Source of the DNA: Oculina patagonica
Taxonomy: Eukaryota
DNA length: 64,000 nucleotides
Assembly: GCF_052425735.1 (NCBI RefSeq)
Contig: NC_135759.1
Location: 31,930,001-31,994,000 of the forward strand
Direction of reading: 5' to 3'
The first letter of the stretch is position 1; each line of letters begins with the position of its first letter. Shown one piece after another: positions 48,507-61,057 of the stretch. The position numbers were made by a program, and so were the translations under genes. Below the pieces are notes generated by a model. That model saw only the letters and a list, made by a program, of their open reading frames with translations. It ran no database searches and was not told the DNA's origin.

Positions 48507-49496
48507 ATGGCAGCCGTCGCAGGACACTATAATTTCTGGAACATGTCAAGTGAAGAAGTTTTAAACAAAGTATGGTTACGTGTGGACAGTCCAAAAGCTA
48601 TATCTGCAACCGTTTCTGTTACCGCGATGTTGATGTCTCCGATCATCGTGTTTGGAAATTCACTGGTCATTTTATCAGTTTGGAAAGATCCTTTAAAAAA
48701 TCTTAGGTCATCGCCTTCCAATTTCATTTTGTTATCCATGGCGGTGGCCGATCTTCTAGTTGGATTAGTAGCGTGCCCGTTGGCTGTATACTGGGGTTGG
48801 GCCATTTATCGTCACGAAGATCCACCATTTTCTCCTTTGCTTGTAAGCTCTTTCCTTGTCAACGTTAGTGTTGGTCACATGTTCCTGCTGACGGTCGACA
48901 GATTCTTTGCTTTGGTGACTCCACTCCAGTATCGAGTTAAAGTTACCAATAAGCGAGTCAGCATCGCCACAGTTACTTGTTGGATCTATTTCCTGCTATT
49001 TGGATTCGCGTTTGGTATGTTACAAGACTATTTTATTTTAACGGGAACTATCTATAACCTACAAATTCTCTGTTTTCTCGTGTCTATATCGGTCTTGTAC
49101 GTCGTTATATTATGTCGCTTTCACAAATATTCAAAGACAAGAGAACTACACGACCAGTCAACAGCAAATCGTCAAATGATCCTTCAAAGGGAAAGAAACC
49201 TCTGGAAGGCCATAACCATTGTCATCTGTGCGTTTCTTCTATGTTTCATGCCGTGGTTCATAATCCAAATAATAATGTATGTTTGTCTGCAATGTCATCG
49301 AAATTTATCGTCTCTCATGTTGTTTTACGCACTGGCAGCCGGTTTAATGTATGCAAACTCTGGATTAAACCCATTCTTATATGCATGGAGGCTTCCAAAA
49401 TATCGAGATACTTTCAAGCACTTCTTGAAAAAGCGCTGCTGTAGTAATCAAAACAGACAGTTTGTCGAAAATTGTGTTTATGAAACAAAACTATAA
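48507..49496 (+). CDS. Class A orphan GPCR 7, 329 aa
   Basis: GN, MAVAD, DRF, CFMPW, NPFLY; ends ETKL. Confidence 0.95.
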   Translation: MAAVAGHYNFWNMSSEEVLNKVWLRVDSPKAISATVSVTAMLMSPIIVFGNSLVILSVWKDPLKNLRSSPSNFILLSMAVADLLVGLVACPLAVYWGWAIYRHEDPPFSPLLVSSFLVNVSVGHMFLLTVDRFFALVTPLQYRVKVTNKRVSIATVTCWIYFLLFGFAFGMLQDYFILTGTIYNLQILCFLVSISVLYVVILCRFHKYSKTRELHDQSTANRQMILQRERNLWKAITIVICAFLLCFMPWFIIQIIMYVCLQCHRNLSSLMLFYALAAGLMYANSGLNPFLYAWRLPKYRDTFKHFLKKRCCSNQNRQFVENCVYETKL

Positions 49497-51641
49497 AAAT
49501 GGCTATATCAAAGCTTGAACTTGTACAAAAAAGTTAATTATGTTATGTGCCAGCACTATTAATCGTTTAACAAAGTGACAAAGTTTACTGTAAGTAAAAG
49601 TACACATGTACCCAACCGAAGAGTATTTCACAATAAAAGAAAAATTATCTTAAAACTTATTCCTATTTTCATTGTTGACACAGCTTTTTGCCTAACAAAG
49701 CTGTAGAGTGTTTTTAGGCCACAGTGTATTTAAAGTCATTCAAACGAATAGAAACACTTCGATTCGGTCTTGGTAAATCCATCACCAACAAGCAGGTTTG
49801 CACTGAAAGCACAATAAATAGGGAAAAAGATCTTTTGTATTTTTGTTAGGTGAGGAATTTCTGTAATCCATTGATCTTGCGTGTTTTCTCCTCGTTGTCC
49901 CTTTCAAAATTTTGTCAACAAATTTGACTCAGGAATCACCCTAATGCATTTATTCCTGTCGTTATTTTTGGCACAAATCTTTGGTCTCAGTAAATCATCA
50001 CCAGCAAGCAAATTTACGTTATGGACGCACTGAGAGTGTAATAAATTGGTAAAAAAGATCTCACTTATTTCAGTTTGGTGAAGAAGATCTTTAATATATT
50101 AATCTTTTAAGCTTACGTGTTTTGTCCCCCCTTGTCCCTTTCAAAATTGTGTAAACAACTTTGATTCAGCAATCGCCCATATCCTCATATCATATATCCT
50201 CATCTCATAAAATCAAATGTCAAGCAACATGGAAACTATGGGTGCTTTCAATTAAGCCAAATATTTCAGAAATTTCGGTCAAAAGTCAAATGGAAAGGTC
50301 TGTTTCGACATTCATTTTCGTAATTCACGTCTTCACAAGGAATCAACTAAGAGCTCTTGCGAATTTTGAACAAAATTGTGATATCACAAGGAGTCGGTTA
50401 ATTAAATAATAACTACAACGTAAATCCACATTTAAAAATTTAATTTACTTGACCATGTTTTTCCCAAGAGTGCTTGAAGTCGGTGTAAAACACAAGATTT
50501 ACGACGGTCTTCCACGTATTGAAATTCCTTTTCTGATTGTTTATCGAACAGCCAAAACCAACGGAAGACTGTGCGAGAGCACTAAATTTTGTCCTTTCTA
50601 CGTTTTAGACATAAACACAACACGAGAAGTATTTCCAACACTACAATTTCTAATAACACTTTTTCTGCTAATACACTGAACTGCAATCCCCATTTGACCA
50701 CAAAGCGGTCCTTTAATATTTAGTATTTTTAAATACTAAAAGCATTTTAAAAAATGCTGGCAAAAGATGATTAGCTTAAAAGCGTCATATTGTTATCTTT
50801 TCATTTATCTATCCTGCTAAAGCTTTCAAAGTAGCTGTCATAACAGTAAGTAATTATTGGATAGCGTTTAGCGTGAGATCCGAGGTTCTCTTTTAAACTA
50901 AGACAACGCAGGCTCCAGAAAAAGAGACGAAAAAGAGTTAGTCTTAAGTAATGCAGGCTGCTCAAACTGACTTCATTTCTACTAAAAGAAACCTTACGTT
51001 TTGTAAATTTGCAGTTCCATGGTTTGGTGCTATCGTGAATAAGATGTTTGTTTGGAGATCATGAGATAGATTGGAAACGTGTACAAATAAGAAAATGTCA
51101 TCCCTTTGTTCCGATAGTCAATATCCACTTCACTTCTCTGCTCACAAAGCCTCAAATTAATAGCTGAGAAAACACGGCGGAACCACCTTCGTTTAATGAC
51201 CCTTACAATTGTCAATACTTTTAAAAAGGAATTTAAAGTAGATTTTTTGGGGACACGTTTTGAAATATATCTAAGACACAATGTAAATAATACGCCTCCA
51301 GTAATTTACACTACCATAACCAATAATTTCATAATTTCACTGAAAACGTGACTTGCCAATAATAAAGAAAGACGTGTTTTGGAAAAAAAAAACGAAAGGA
51401 AACATCACGTTACGAGTTAGTGAAAAGCGGAAACTTACAATTTTGGAAGTTTTTGAAAATATAGTTTGGAACAGCGACATGCATCATTTATTAACTAATA
51501 ATCACATGCAAACTGAAGATCAATCGAAGTCGCTTGTCTTTTCATGATTGCATAACATTAGTGAACGGTGCAATATTTCGAAATCGTCCGTGTCGATCAC
51601 GCGTCGCAAGTAAGAGACAACAAAAACAAAAAAAAGGGAAA

Positions 51642-52637
51642 ATGGCAGCCGTTGCAGGCCACTTTAATTTTTGGAACATGTCAAGTGAAGAAACTTTAAA
51701 CAAAGTATGGTTGCGTGTGGACAATCCAAAAGCTATATCTGCAACTGTTTCTGTTGCAGCGATGTTAATGTCTCCAATCATCGTGTTTGGAAATTCACTG
51801 GTTATTTTATCAGTTTGGAAAGATCCTTTGAAGAATCTCCGGTCATCGCCTTCCAATTTCATTTTGTTATCCATGGCGGTGGCCGATCTTCTAGTTGGAT
51901 TAGTAGCGTGCCCGTTGACTGTATACTGGGGTTGGGCCATTTATCGTCACGAAGATCCACCATTTTCTCCTTTGCTTGTAAGCTCTTTCCTTGTCAACGT
52001 TAGTGTTGGTCACATGTTCCTGCTGACGGTCGACAGATTCTTTGCTTTGGTGACTCCACTCCAGTATCGAGTTAAAGTTACTAATAAGCGAGTCAGCATC
52101 GCCACAGTTACTTGTTGGATCTATTTCCTGCTATTTGGATGCGCGTTTGGTCTGTTACAAGACTATTATATTATAACGGGAACTATCTATAACCTACAAA
52201 TTCTCTGTTTTCTCGTGTCTATATCGGTCTTGTACGTCGTTATATTATGTCGCTTTCACAAATATTCCAAGACAAGAGAACTAAACGACCAGTCAACAGC
52301 AAATCGTCAAATGATCCTTCAAAGGGAAAGAAAACTCTGGAAGGCCATAACCATTGTCATCTGTGCATTTCTTTTCTGTTTCATGCCGTGGTTCATAACC
52401 CAAATAGTAATATACGTTTGTGTGCCATGTCATCGTAATTTATCGTTTCTTATGTTGTTTTACACACTGGTAGCCGGTTTAACGTTTTCAAATTCTGGAT
52501 TAAACCCATTCTTATATGCATGGAGGCTTCCAAAATATCGAGATACTTTCAAGCACTTCTTGAAAACGAGAGCTTGTTGCTGTTGCAATCAAAACAGACA
52601 TTTCGTGGAAAACTGTGCTTATGAAACAAAGCTTTAA
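51642..52637 (+). CDS. Class A orphan GPCR 8, 331 aa
   Basis: ATG at 51642 (AAAATGG); same motifs; ends ETKL. Confidence 0.95.
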   Translation: MAAVAGHFNFWNMSSEETLNKVWLRVDNPKAISATVSVAAMLMSPIIVFGNSLVILSVWKDPLKNLRSSPSNFILLSMAVADLLVGLVACPLTVYWGWAIYRHEDPPFSPLLVSSFLVNVSVGHMFLLTVDRFFALVTPLQYRVKVTNKRVSIATVTCWIYFLLFGCAFGLLQDYYIITGTIYNLQILCFLVSISVLYVVILCRFHKYSKTRELNDQSTANRQMILQRERKLWKAITIVICAFLFCFMPWFITQIVIYVCVPCHRNLSFLMLFYTLVAGLTFSNSGLNPFLYAWRLPKYRDTFKHFLKTRACCCCNQNRHFVENCAYETKL

Positions 52638-53324
52638 TAATGTCTATACCATAGCTAAAACTTGTACAAAAATAGTTAAATTTGTTATATACCAGCGCTG
52701 ATAATGTTTAAAAAAGTAAGAAAAGTTTTCTGTTGATAAAAATACGCATATACTAACTGAAGAATATTTAACGAGAAAGGAAAACTATATTATGACTTAT
52801 TCGTATCCTCATTGTTGACACAGCTTTTTGCCTAACAAAGACGTGGAGTGTTTTTGGGCCACAGTATATTTGAACGAATTGAAGCACTTTGGTCTCAGTA
52901 AATGCAATTACCAGCAAGCAGGTTTGTCGTATGGACGCACTGAGAGTGCAAGAAATTGGGGAAATAAACATCTTGCTGTTTTGTGTTTGGTGTAAACATG
53001 ATTTCTGTTATCTATTAATCTTGCGTGTTTTCTCCTCCGTTGTCCCTTTTAAAATTGTGTTTTCAAATTTGACTCCGGAATTACCGGCCCTAATAAATTT
53101 ATTCCTGTCGTTCTATATTTAAAGTGTAATGGATTTGCAAATTGTTTTAAAGAATCTTTCAACAGTGAACTTGTAAGGGAAAAGAAGACGTTAAACATTC
53201 TTCAGAATAAGGAAAATCAGAGTTAAATTATATCATACGGAGGTGCGGTAAAAGGGGACAACAGGGACCTTCAGATCAGAGTATATTTGCTTTGCCTTAA
53301 AAAATAGTGGACTGTTTATACAAT

Positions 53325-55392
53325 ACATATATGTTATTTGCCGGCCGGGAGGTCCGTATTGGGAAAAAACTGTACTCGAGGTCTTGAGTACGGCCCGAGG
53401 CCGCAGGCCGAGGGCCGTGCTCAAGACCGAGGGTACAGTTTTTCCCAATACGGACCGACCTAGGCCGGCAAATAACGTTTTTATTTTTTTCTACTTTAAT
53501 TTGTTTGGAAAAAGAAACCAAGGAAAAATGTGTCGCAAAATCTTTGTTTTTACGCGCGGATTTGATTTGATTTGATTTGAGTCCGACTTGATCGACGAGC
53601 AAGAATGAAGAATGTTATTTGCTATTTAATTCTGAATGAAATGGCTTTACTTAAAATGAACCGTACTCAAAAAATGTTCAGCATATTTAATTTACATTGC
53701 AGAGAATCAAGAAAAGCAAATGAAGTCATAAATAAAGCACAAATATGCCGCAAAACTTAACACATTTAAATCGATTTCAGTCAGCTTCCCAAACAATTCT
53801 CGATAAATTCTCTTGAAAGAATTTTTGCTCACAGTGTGTTAAGGCTATTTCTCTGACTCAAAAATACTCTTTGACTGGAAAGCAGTATTTTAATCTATTC
53901 ACACTTGTATTTAACAAATTAATAATCTCTGTACTTTTCCCAGCAGAATTTTATTCTGATAAACAGTGTCATACTGAATGAAATGCGTAGTGTCTACGTA
54001 CGGCACAATATTGTGATAATTAATTTGTCCGTTTTTAATCAAGAATCTCATTTCCTTGAATGATGGCAAATAGTGTTCTGCTTTAGCAAAACTTGACAGA
54101 TAAACAAGGCAGTTAAACTCATAGATAGACCCTAAAAACCGCGGTGAAGGTTACCGCAATGGCGTGAAAATCATTGCAAAATGCACAAACAACGCGACGG
54201 CAAATTACGAACGGTAAACTACAACTCGATTTAGTTGAGAAAGAAATAAATACTCGCCTTTTGAAGAACTTTGAGGCCTTTAAGGAGGCTCGATGTAGTT
54301 TTTTTAGCCGAAGGGTGGTTGTTTTGAAAATTAAAATTATCTAGGAAGCCAATGTTCGATTTTTGCCAAAATACACCATAATGATCAAATATGACCAAAT
54401 TACTCGTCACTTTGTCACAAAGGTTACCATAGCAACCATTGACGTTTTCTTTTGTTCTCAAACAAGCTTGGTTTTCTCGAAATCTAGACTGACACTTGGT
54501 ATTCATTTTTTGATATGTTCAAGTACAGTAGATTTACTACCTGTGCTCAAAATTTTAGGAAAATCTGTAAGAGCGTTTTAGAGTAAATCAAGAATTAAGT
54601 TTTTGGTATTTTCTTATAATTTCTTACAATTGGCAGTCGATATATTTTAACAAATTAAAGCAAAAAGTCTTTCGCTTTTAGTTAATGGTCTTTGATGGTG
54701 TAAGTATTTATATTTCAGTGAGAGAAACTGTGCTCAAATAATACGAAACAATTTTAAGGCGCCTATTTTATATTAAAACGGTGTTTTTCTGAAAATTTTA
54801 TTCTTGATTTACTTGAAAACGCTCTTACAGATTTTTCTAAAATTTCGTCAACAGTTAGTCAATCTACTAAACTTTAACATATCAAAAAATAAACACCAAG
54901 TGTCAGTCTAAATTTCGAGAAAATCAAGCTTGTTTGAGAACAAAAGAAAACGTCAATCGTTGCTATGGTAACCGTTGTGACTAAGTGACGGGTAAAAAAT
55001 TAAAATTTGGTCACATTTGATCATTATGGTGTATTTTGGCAAAAATCGAACATTGGCTTCCTAGGTAATTTTAATTTTCAAAACAACCACCCTTAGTCTA
55101 AAAAAACTACATCGAGCCTCCTTAATTCCACTGCTTTTTAGTCCTTTCAAATTTACAACGGTTGGTAAACTCGAATAAACAGCTTTTTCGATTTTGGAGA
55201 GGAAAACTTTCATGTGTTCGTTCGTCTCGCTGCACACTGATTTCGCGCGGAACTGAATCCCGTTCCATTGATTCCCTGCGGCCCGCGTACCGTTGACCGC
55301 GGTCAAGATCGGAAAATTCCGCCCGCTCCCGGAACCAATCAGATTGCAGGATTTGGTTCATCTTGCCCGCTCACGCGCTGAGAAAAAAATAA
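53325..55392. mobile_element. Interspersed element beginning with a ~150-bp palindrome, interrupted by a Kolobok-like insertion
   Basis: 53331-53478 folds back (GTTATTTGCCGGCC...GGCCGGCAAATAAC); CpG-rich right end at 55240-55390; boundaries approximate. Confidence 0.5.
54284..55121. mobile_element. Non-autonomous long-TIR DNA transposon, Kolobok-like
   Basis: TTAA|GGAGGCTCGATGTAG ... CTACATCGAGCCTCC|TTAA; ~300-bp TIRs. TTAA TSD with RR...YY termini fits Kolobok rather than piggyBac (CCY ends). Confidence 0.8.
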
Positions 55393-55412
55393 AATACAAT
55401 ACGATACATACT

Positions 55413-55725
55413 AGTTATGCAACGCTTTCGAGTGGTATACTATGGAATATCCCACGAGTCACTTGTATTTTCTCGGTATACACACGAGCCTTTAGGCGAG
55501 TGTGTATGCCAAGAATATACAAGTGACAAGTGGGATATTCCATAGTATACCACGAGAAAGTGTTGTGTAACTATTTTATACCATGTCATAGAAAATACGC
55601 TTACTAAATTTCGTCGAGAATACAATCGCAGCGCACTATGGGAAGGTTGGGTTGAATACCGTCGAATATACAACGGCTTTCCTGTATTCTGATTGGCTGT
55701 ATTTTCTATGGCATGGTATAAAATA
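55413..55725. repeat. Repeat built from two fold-back modules
   Basis: GTGGTATACTATGGAATATCCCAC / GTGGGATATTCCATAGTATACCAC and TATTTTATACCATG / CATGGTATAAAATA inverted pairs. Confidence 0.65.
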
Positions 55726-56100
55726 CAATACAATGCAATTTTATTGTCCATACGTGGGACGAGGTCTCCCTCAATGTCCGAACCAGAGGCTCATGTATAA
55801 AACGTAGGACTAAAATTAAAATAGACTTAATTATATGCTATTAAAAATTATCATAATGTACGTCCCTTGTAATGAAGATTTATATCAGAGAACAGTAAAA
55901 GTTGCTTGTTTTCTGAAGAAGGCCTAGAGAGATTGCGACAACTGTCTCGTAAGCTATAACTTAGAGGCAGATTCTAAGTTGAAACACGCTTCTTATGTTG
56001 GTGAACAAATTTTACAGATTTAAGAAAGCTTTGAAGTCAGACAAAGAGTGAAAAAAGATATTCGCCCCGCGTCTTACAACACTTCACTTATTACTTGGTT
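55722..56100 (-). mobile_element. Probable 3' end of a LINE
   Basis: Minus strand: SLSDFKAFL-like C-terminal peptide, AATAAA followed by (ATTGT)n-type tail. Confidence 0.35.
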
Positions 56101-56591
56101 AAGACACATTTGATATGCTGGTGGCTACTGCTGTAATCTTAAAACGTATCATATCAGGGATATGATATGATATCAGGGATATGACAGGAGTCTTCATTAT
56201 AATATCACATGTAAATATCAGCTTTATTGTATGGCTTAAGATATATAAGCTCTTAAAAACAGATGGTATTTTTACCCACTCCCAACTCAAGGACACCCAT
56301 CAAATGTTCACAACCATTTAGAAAAGAAAATTGGCAAGTTGTAGCTCCTAACTAATAAGAACAAAATTACGTGCAGGAGAACATGAAAACAACATCTAAT
56401 ACATTTTTATATGACACATCCTTTATGTTATTAACTGTATTGTGCAAACAGTCAAAGCTTCGATTTCTCGGAATAGTCAGATTTAATCACGTTCCGCTAA
56501 CCATATGGAAACACAATCCAGTTAGGACACTTGCACATACAGTGCACTACTGAAATCACAACCAGCTCGCGCGATACCTCTTACTTCGGAA

Positions 56592-57573
56592 ATGGCTGCC
56601 ATAACAAGCCACGTTAATTTCTGGAATCTTACGAGCAAAGAGGCTTTACATTACGTATGGTTGTTTGTGGACAATACAAAGGCTATAACCCTAACTGTTT
56701 CTGCTGTCGCGATGATAATGTGCCCGATCATCGTGTTTGGAAACTCACTTGTCGTTTTATCAGTTTGGAGAGATCCTCTGAAGAGTATTCGCTCATCGCC
56801 TCCTGACTTTATACTGTTGTCCATGGCCGTGGCCGACCTTCTGGTGGGTTTAGTGGCATGTCCATTAACTCTGTACTGGCATTGGGCGATGACTAACCCT
56901 GAATTTGAGTCGTTTCTACCATTGTTAGTCGGTTCTACCTTAGTAAATGTCAGCATTGGGCACACGTTTTTGCTGACAATCGATAGATTCTATGCTTTAG
57001 TGACCCCACTCCGGTACAAAGTTAAAGTTACAAACAATCGAGTCTGCATCGCCGCTGTTACCTGTTGGATCTATTTTCTCCTGTTTGGATGCGCGTTTGG
57101 CCTGTTAGAGAATTATTACACCATAATAGCAGCAGTCCACAACCTACAAATTCTCTGTATTATTGTGTGTATATCGGTCATGTATCTTGTAATATTGTGT
57201 CGGTTTCACCGATATTCCAAGACAACGGAACTTAAGAACCAATCATCAGCCAATCGTCAGATGATTTTTCAGAGGGAAAGGAATCTCTTCAAGGCCATCG
57301 CCATTGTCATATGTACATTTCTTCTCTGCTTCTTACCGTGGTTCATAACCCAAACAGTGACATATTTTTTGTCTACCGTGTTATCATAATCTCTGGTTTA
57401 TGTTTCTTTCTAATGCATTGTCAGTGATCTTGACGTTTGCAAACTCCGGAATAAATCCATTTTTGTATGCATGGAGGCTTCAAAAATACCGAGATACATT
57501 CAAGCACTTGATGAAGAAGCGAACTAGGCGTTGTGGCAATCAAAACAAACAGGTTAATGACACGAGACTTTAA
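56592..57573 (+). pseudogene. Class A GPCR 9 with +1 frameshift after TM6
   Basis: T6 run at 57365-57370; removing one T restores YFCLPCYHNLW...NPFLYAWRL...NDTRL* ending 57573. Confidence 0.8.
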
Positions 57574-59026
57574 CAACAAGAGTTTCCAAATCATTGATAT
57601 AATTGCATTCGCAGAAAAGAAGAGAATGTCTATCTTTTAATAAAGATCTGCACTAACCGAACAGGACTGAAAGCTCGCCCATAACAATGATCAAGTACAA
57701 ATAGGGAATCAAAACATTTTGGTGAAAAAGAAGACAGCTTTCATCTTCTTCTATCCATAATCAGTTTGCCTGGAAAAAAAACCTGGACTTTGGAATGTTA
57801 CTTCAGAACACGTTAACCCCCAGAAAAGTTATTAAGTTACTTATTTTTTAAAAAAGGGGGACCTAAGAATCAACTATAAATAACAATCCAATAAAGAGCG
57901 CAAAAGATAACGAGTAAATTAATTTTATGCAATTTCCCACTACTAAAAGTGAGAAGGACAAATTACATACAATATTGCTTAAACAATGCAAACAAACGGG
58001 GATTTTAAGAGCTTAAACATACATTAGGCTGCGTTCTGTTGGGATCAACCGCTCTAGATTGTTGTATTTTTCGTGTTCTACTATGGTAAAACCGGTGTTT
58101 ATCGGTTGGTTTGAACGGTCTAATTTAAACGGTTGAAGTTTCACAGTGCAAAACTTTTATAACCATTTTCGGTAATGAAACGTTGAAAATTTTCATTTTA
58201 AACGGATAGAGAACAGCTTTTTAAACAGAACCAACCAATCACATTTAATCATAACGGAACACGACATCATAGTTTTAAACCGAAAAAAAAAATGGTTGGG
58301 TAACTGTTCGATAAAAAGTAAAATTTGTAATAACAGATTTTTATTCCACTCATAATCATATTGGAAACCCGTTACGGACCTCTTATCAAAAAAACCTCAT
58401 CTTACACAAAGTGTAAAAAGCACTAGATTTTTCGTAGTCTCGGAGAGAATTGACACGAGAGTTGTTGTAAACACTAAAATGCTCAGTATATTTTCTTCAA
58501 ATCAGCTAAACTTATTCCAGCAGATCTGATCCAGTGCTTTCCTGAATGAGAGGTTACCTCGGAGATGCGATAAGGTGGGAAACCTTTATCAATATTAGCA
58601 ATGTCATCCATATTTCCCAGCGTGAAAGTCAATATCCACTTCACTTTTCAAACTACATCCTGCCAACAATGCTTTTAATTAATAACAAAGTAAAAGCAAC
58701 AGGAAACGCTTTTTACCTAAGAACGACTCTTAAGTTGAGATCTAATTAAAAATTCTTTAATACGGAGCGTGAGTTGGCAAAAATTAAAACTACCCTGTTG
58801 AGACAAAACGACAAGGCAATATTTCCAGCTAGTTTTAAAAAAGTGTCAATTCCACTTATGCAGATTCTATGTACGTGCTGGCATTTCATGTACACTTTTG
58901 TGAGTTAATAATGACATGCAAACTGAAGACTTGCCGACGTTGGCTCCCTTTTAATATCTTGCATTAGACACGTAGATAACACACACAAAATACAACGGAC
59001 GCGATTTATATTCTCTTGCTTCCACA

Positions 59027-60019
59027 ATGGCTGCCGTCGCAGGCCACTTTAATTTCTTGAACATGACAAGCAAAGAAGCTTTTAACAAAGTATGGTTCCA
59101 AGCGGACACTGCCAAGGCTTTATCTGCAGCCGTTTCTGTTGCCGCGATGTTGATGTTTCCCATCGTCGTCTTTGGAAATTCACTTGTCATTTTATCAGTT
59201 TGGAAAGATCCCCTGAAGACTCTTCGATCGTCTCGTTCTAACTTTATTTTGCTATCCATGGCGGTTGCCGATCTTCTAGTTGGTTTAGTAGTTTGTCCGT
59301 TAGCTGTGTACTGGGTTTGGACAAACATTTATCATGAAGGAACATCATTAACACTTTCGTTACTAAGCTCTTTTTTAGTCAACGTTAGCGTTGGTCACAT
59401 ATTCCTGCTGTCGATCGACAGATTCTTTGCTTTGGTAACTCCACTTCATTATCGAGTTAAAGTTACCAACAAGCGAGTTAGGATCGCCACGGCTTGTTGT
59501 TGGATCTATTTTCTACTATTTGATTGTGCGCTTGGCCTGTTACAAGAACATTATATCACATGGGGAATTTTCTACAACCTACAAATTCTCTGTTTTCTCA
59601 TGTCTATATTGGTCTTGTATGTCGTTATATTATGTCGCTTTCACAAATATTCACGAGAAGTAAACGACCAGTCGACAGCAAATCGTCAAATGATCGTTCA
59701 AAGGGAGAGAAAACTCTGGAAGGCCATAACCATAATCATCTGTGCATTTCTCTTCTGTTTCATGCCGAGGTTCATAACCCAAATAGTAATATACGTTTGT
59801 CTACCATGTCATCGCAATTTTTCGGTTCTTATGTTGTTTTACACAGTAGTAGCCGGCTTAACGTATTTAAATTCAGGATTGAATCCATTTTTGTATGCAT
59901 GGAGGCTTCCAAAATATCGAGATACTTTCAAGTACTTCTTGAAAAAGCGAGCTTGCTACTGTACCAATCAAAACATAGAAAGCGCAGAAAACCCTGCATA
60001 TGCTGACACAAGGCTTTAA
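59027..60019 (+). CDS. Class A orphan GPCR 10, 330 aa
   Basis: Intact ORF, DRF, NPFLY, ends DTRL; radical changes at otherwise invariant sites. Confidence 0.9.
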   Translation: MAAVAGHFNFLNMTSKEAFNKVWFQADTAKALSAAVSVAAMLMFPIVVFGNSLVILSVWKDPLKTLRSSRSNFILLSMAVADLLVGLVVCPLAVYWVWTNIYHEGTSLTLSLLSSFLVNVSVGHIFLLSIDRFFALVTPLHYRVKVTNKRVRIATACCWIYFLLFDCALGLLQEHYITWGIFYNLQILCFLMSILVLYVVILCRFHKYSREVNDQSTANRQMIVQRERKLWKAITIIICAFLFCFMPRFITQIVIYVCLPCHRNFSVLMLFYTVVAGLTYLNSGLNPFLYAWRLPKYRDTFKYFLKKRACYCTNQNIESAENPAYADTRL

Positions 60020-60754
60020 TAGCACTATCACAATTTTAACTTTTCAAATGACAGTTAATGAAGTCAAATTCGCGTGCTTTCCTTCTAAATAGTGTTTAAT
60101 GGAGGTGAGAAGAGTTAAGTGTTATTTGTAGCCTAAATACTCAAAACGACGAGCATTTGACAGCAAAGGAAATCTGTCTTATAACCTTTTCCCGTTGTCA
60201 TATATAAATGCATAATCAAGAAACTATTCCAATATCAAGAAAAGGCGTAAAGTGAGTGCTGTTATTGCATGCCTCGCCAAAACAGCAAGAAAACTTTTTA
60301 AATGGTAAATATTCTAAATTTGTGTTAATTTGAAAGCTTGAAATCTCCGCTCACGTTTTGTTTGGTTATTTCTGTCAGGTTAAAAAGGTGAAGTTACTCA
60401 GCTGTTGGTCTCCCTTCGCCAAAATTAGAAAAAGACTTTGGACAAAACGGAGAAGCGACGTTTAAGACAAAAGCCGAAATTTCAGTTTGTTTATTTTTCT
60501 TAATGAAAATATAGACCAATATAATTAGATGCCGACGGCGGCCAATTTTTAGATCTAACATCTTGTTTTGAAGATATGCAAAGTTATCTTTAAATAAAGA
60601 CTATTTCTCATCTTAGTTTCCATCTTCTTTAGTTCATTATGTAGTACATCTGAAATAAAAAAAGACTTTCAAGGAAGTGCACAAATTATCATCATGTATA
60701 TAATGGTTTGGATTATGAAAGCATCCAGTCCATGATCTATCCATAGCTTACACA

Positions 60755-61057
60755 TAGGTCCCGTTTTAATGGGATCAACTATTTAAGATTGATTGTTTTC
60801 TGTTTTTTTTTGCGTGTTCTATTAGGAAAAACTGTTTATGTGTTTTTCTGGGTTTGGTCTATTTATCATCTCTTTAAACCGGTATGAAAATCGTTTGAAA
60901 CAGGGGCAGTTTTCCAATCGCACACTTTTTCGACAATTTTGGTTGGAACGGTGATCAATATTTAACAGTTCTTTCAAATAAAACAACCGAAAAAGGTTTT
61001 CTTCGACTTAACTTTAAACCAACAACCGAAAAGGGTCGATCCCAATGAAACACAATC
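60755..61057. mobile_element. Degenerate MITE (relative at ~58025-58260)
   Basis: TTTTAATGGGATCAAC / GTCGATCCCAATGAAA inverted ends; similar left end at 58026. Confidence 0.45.
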
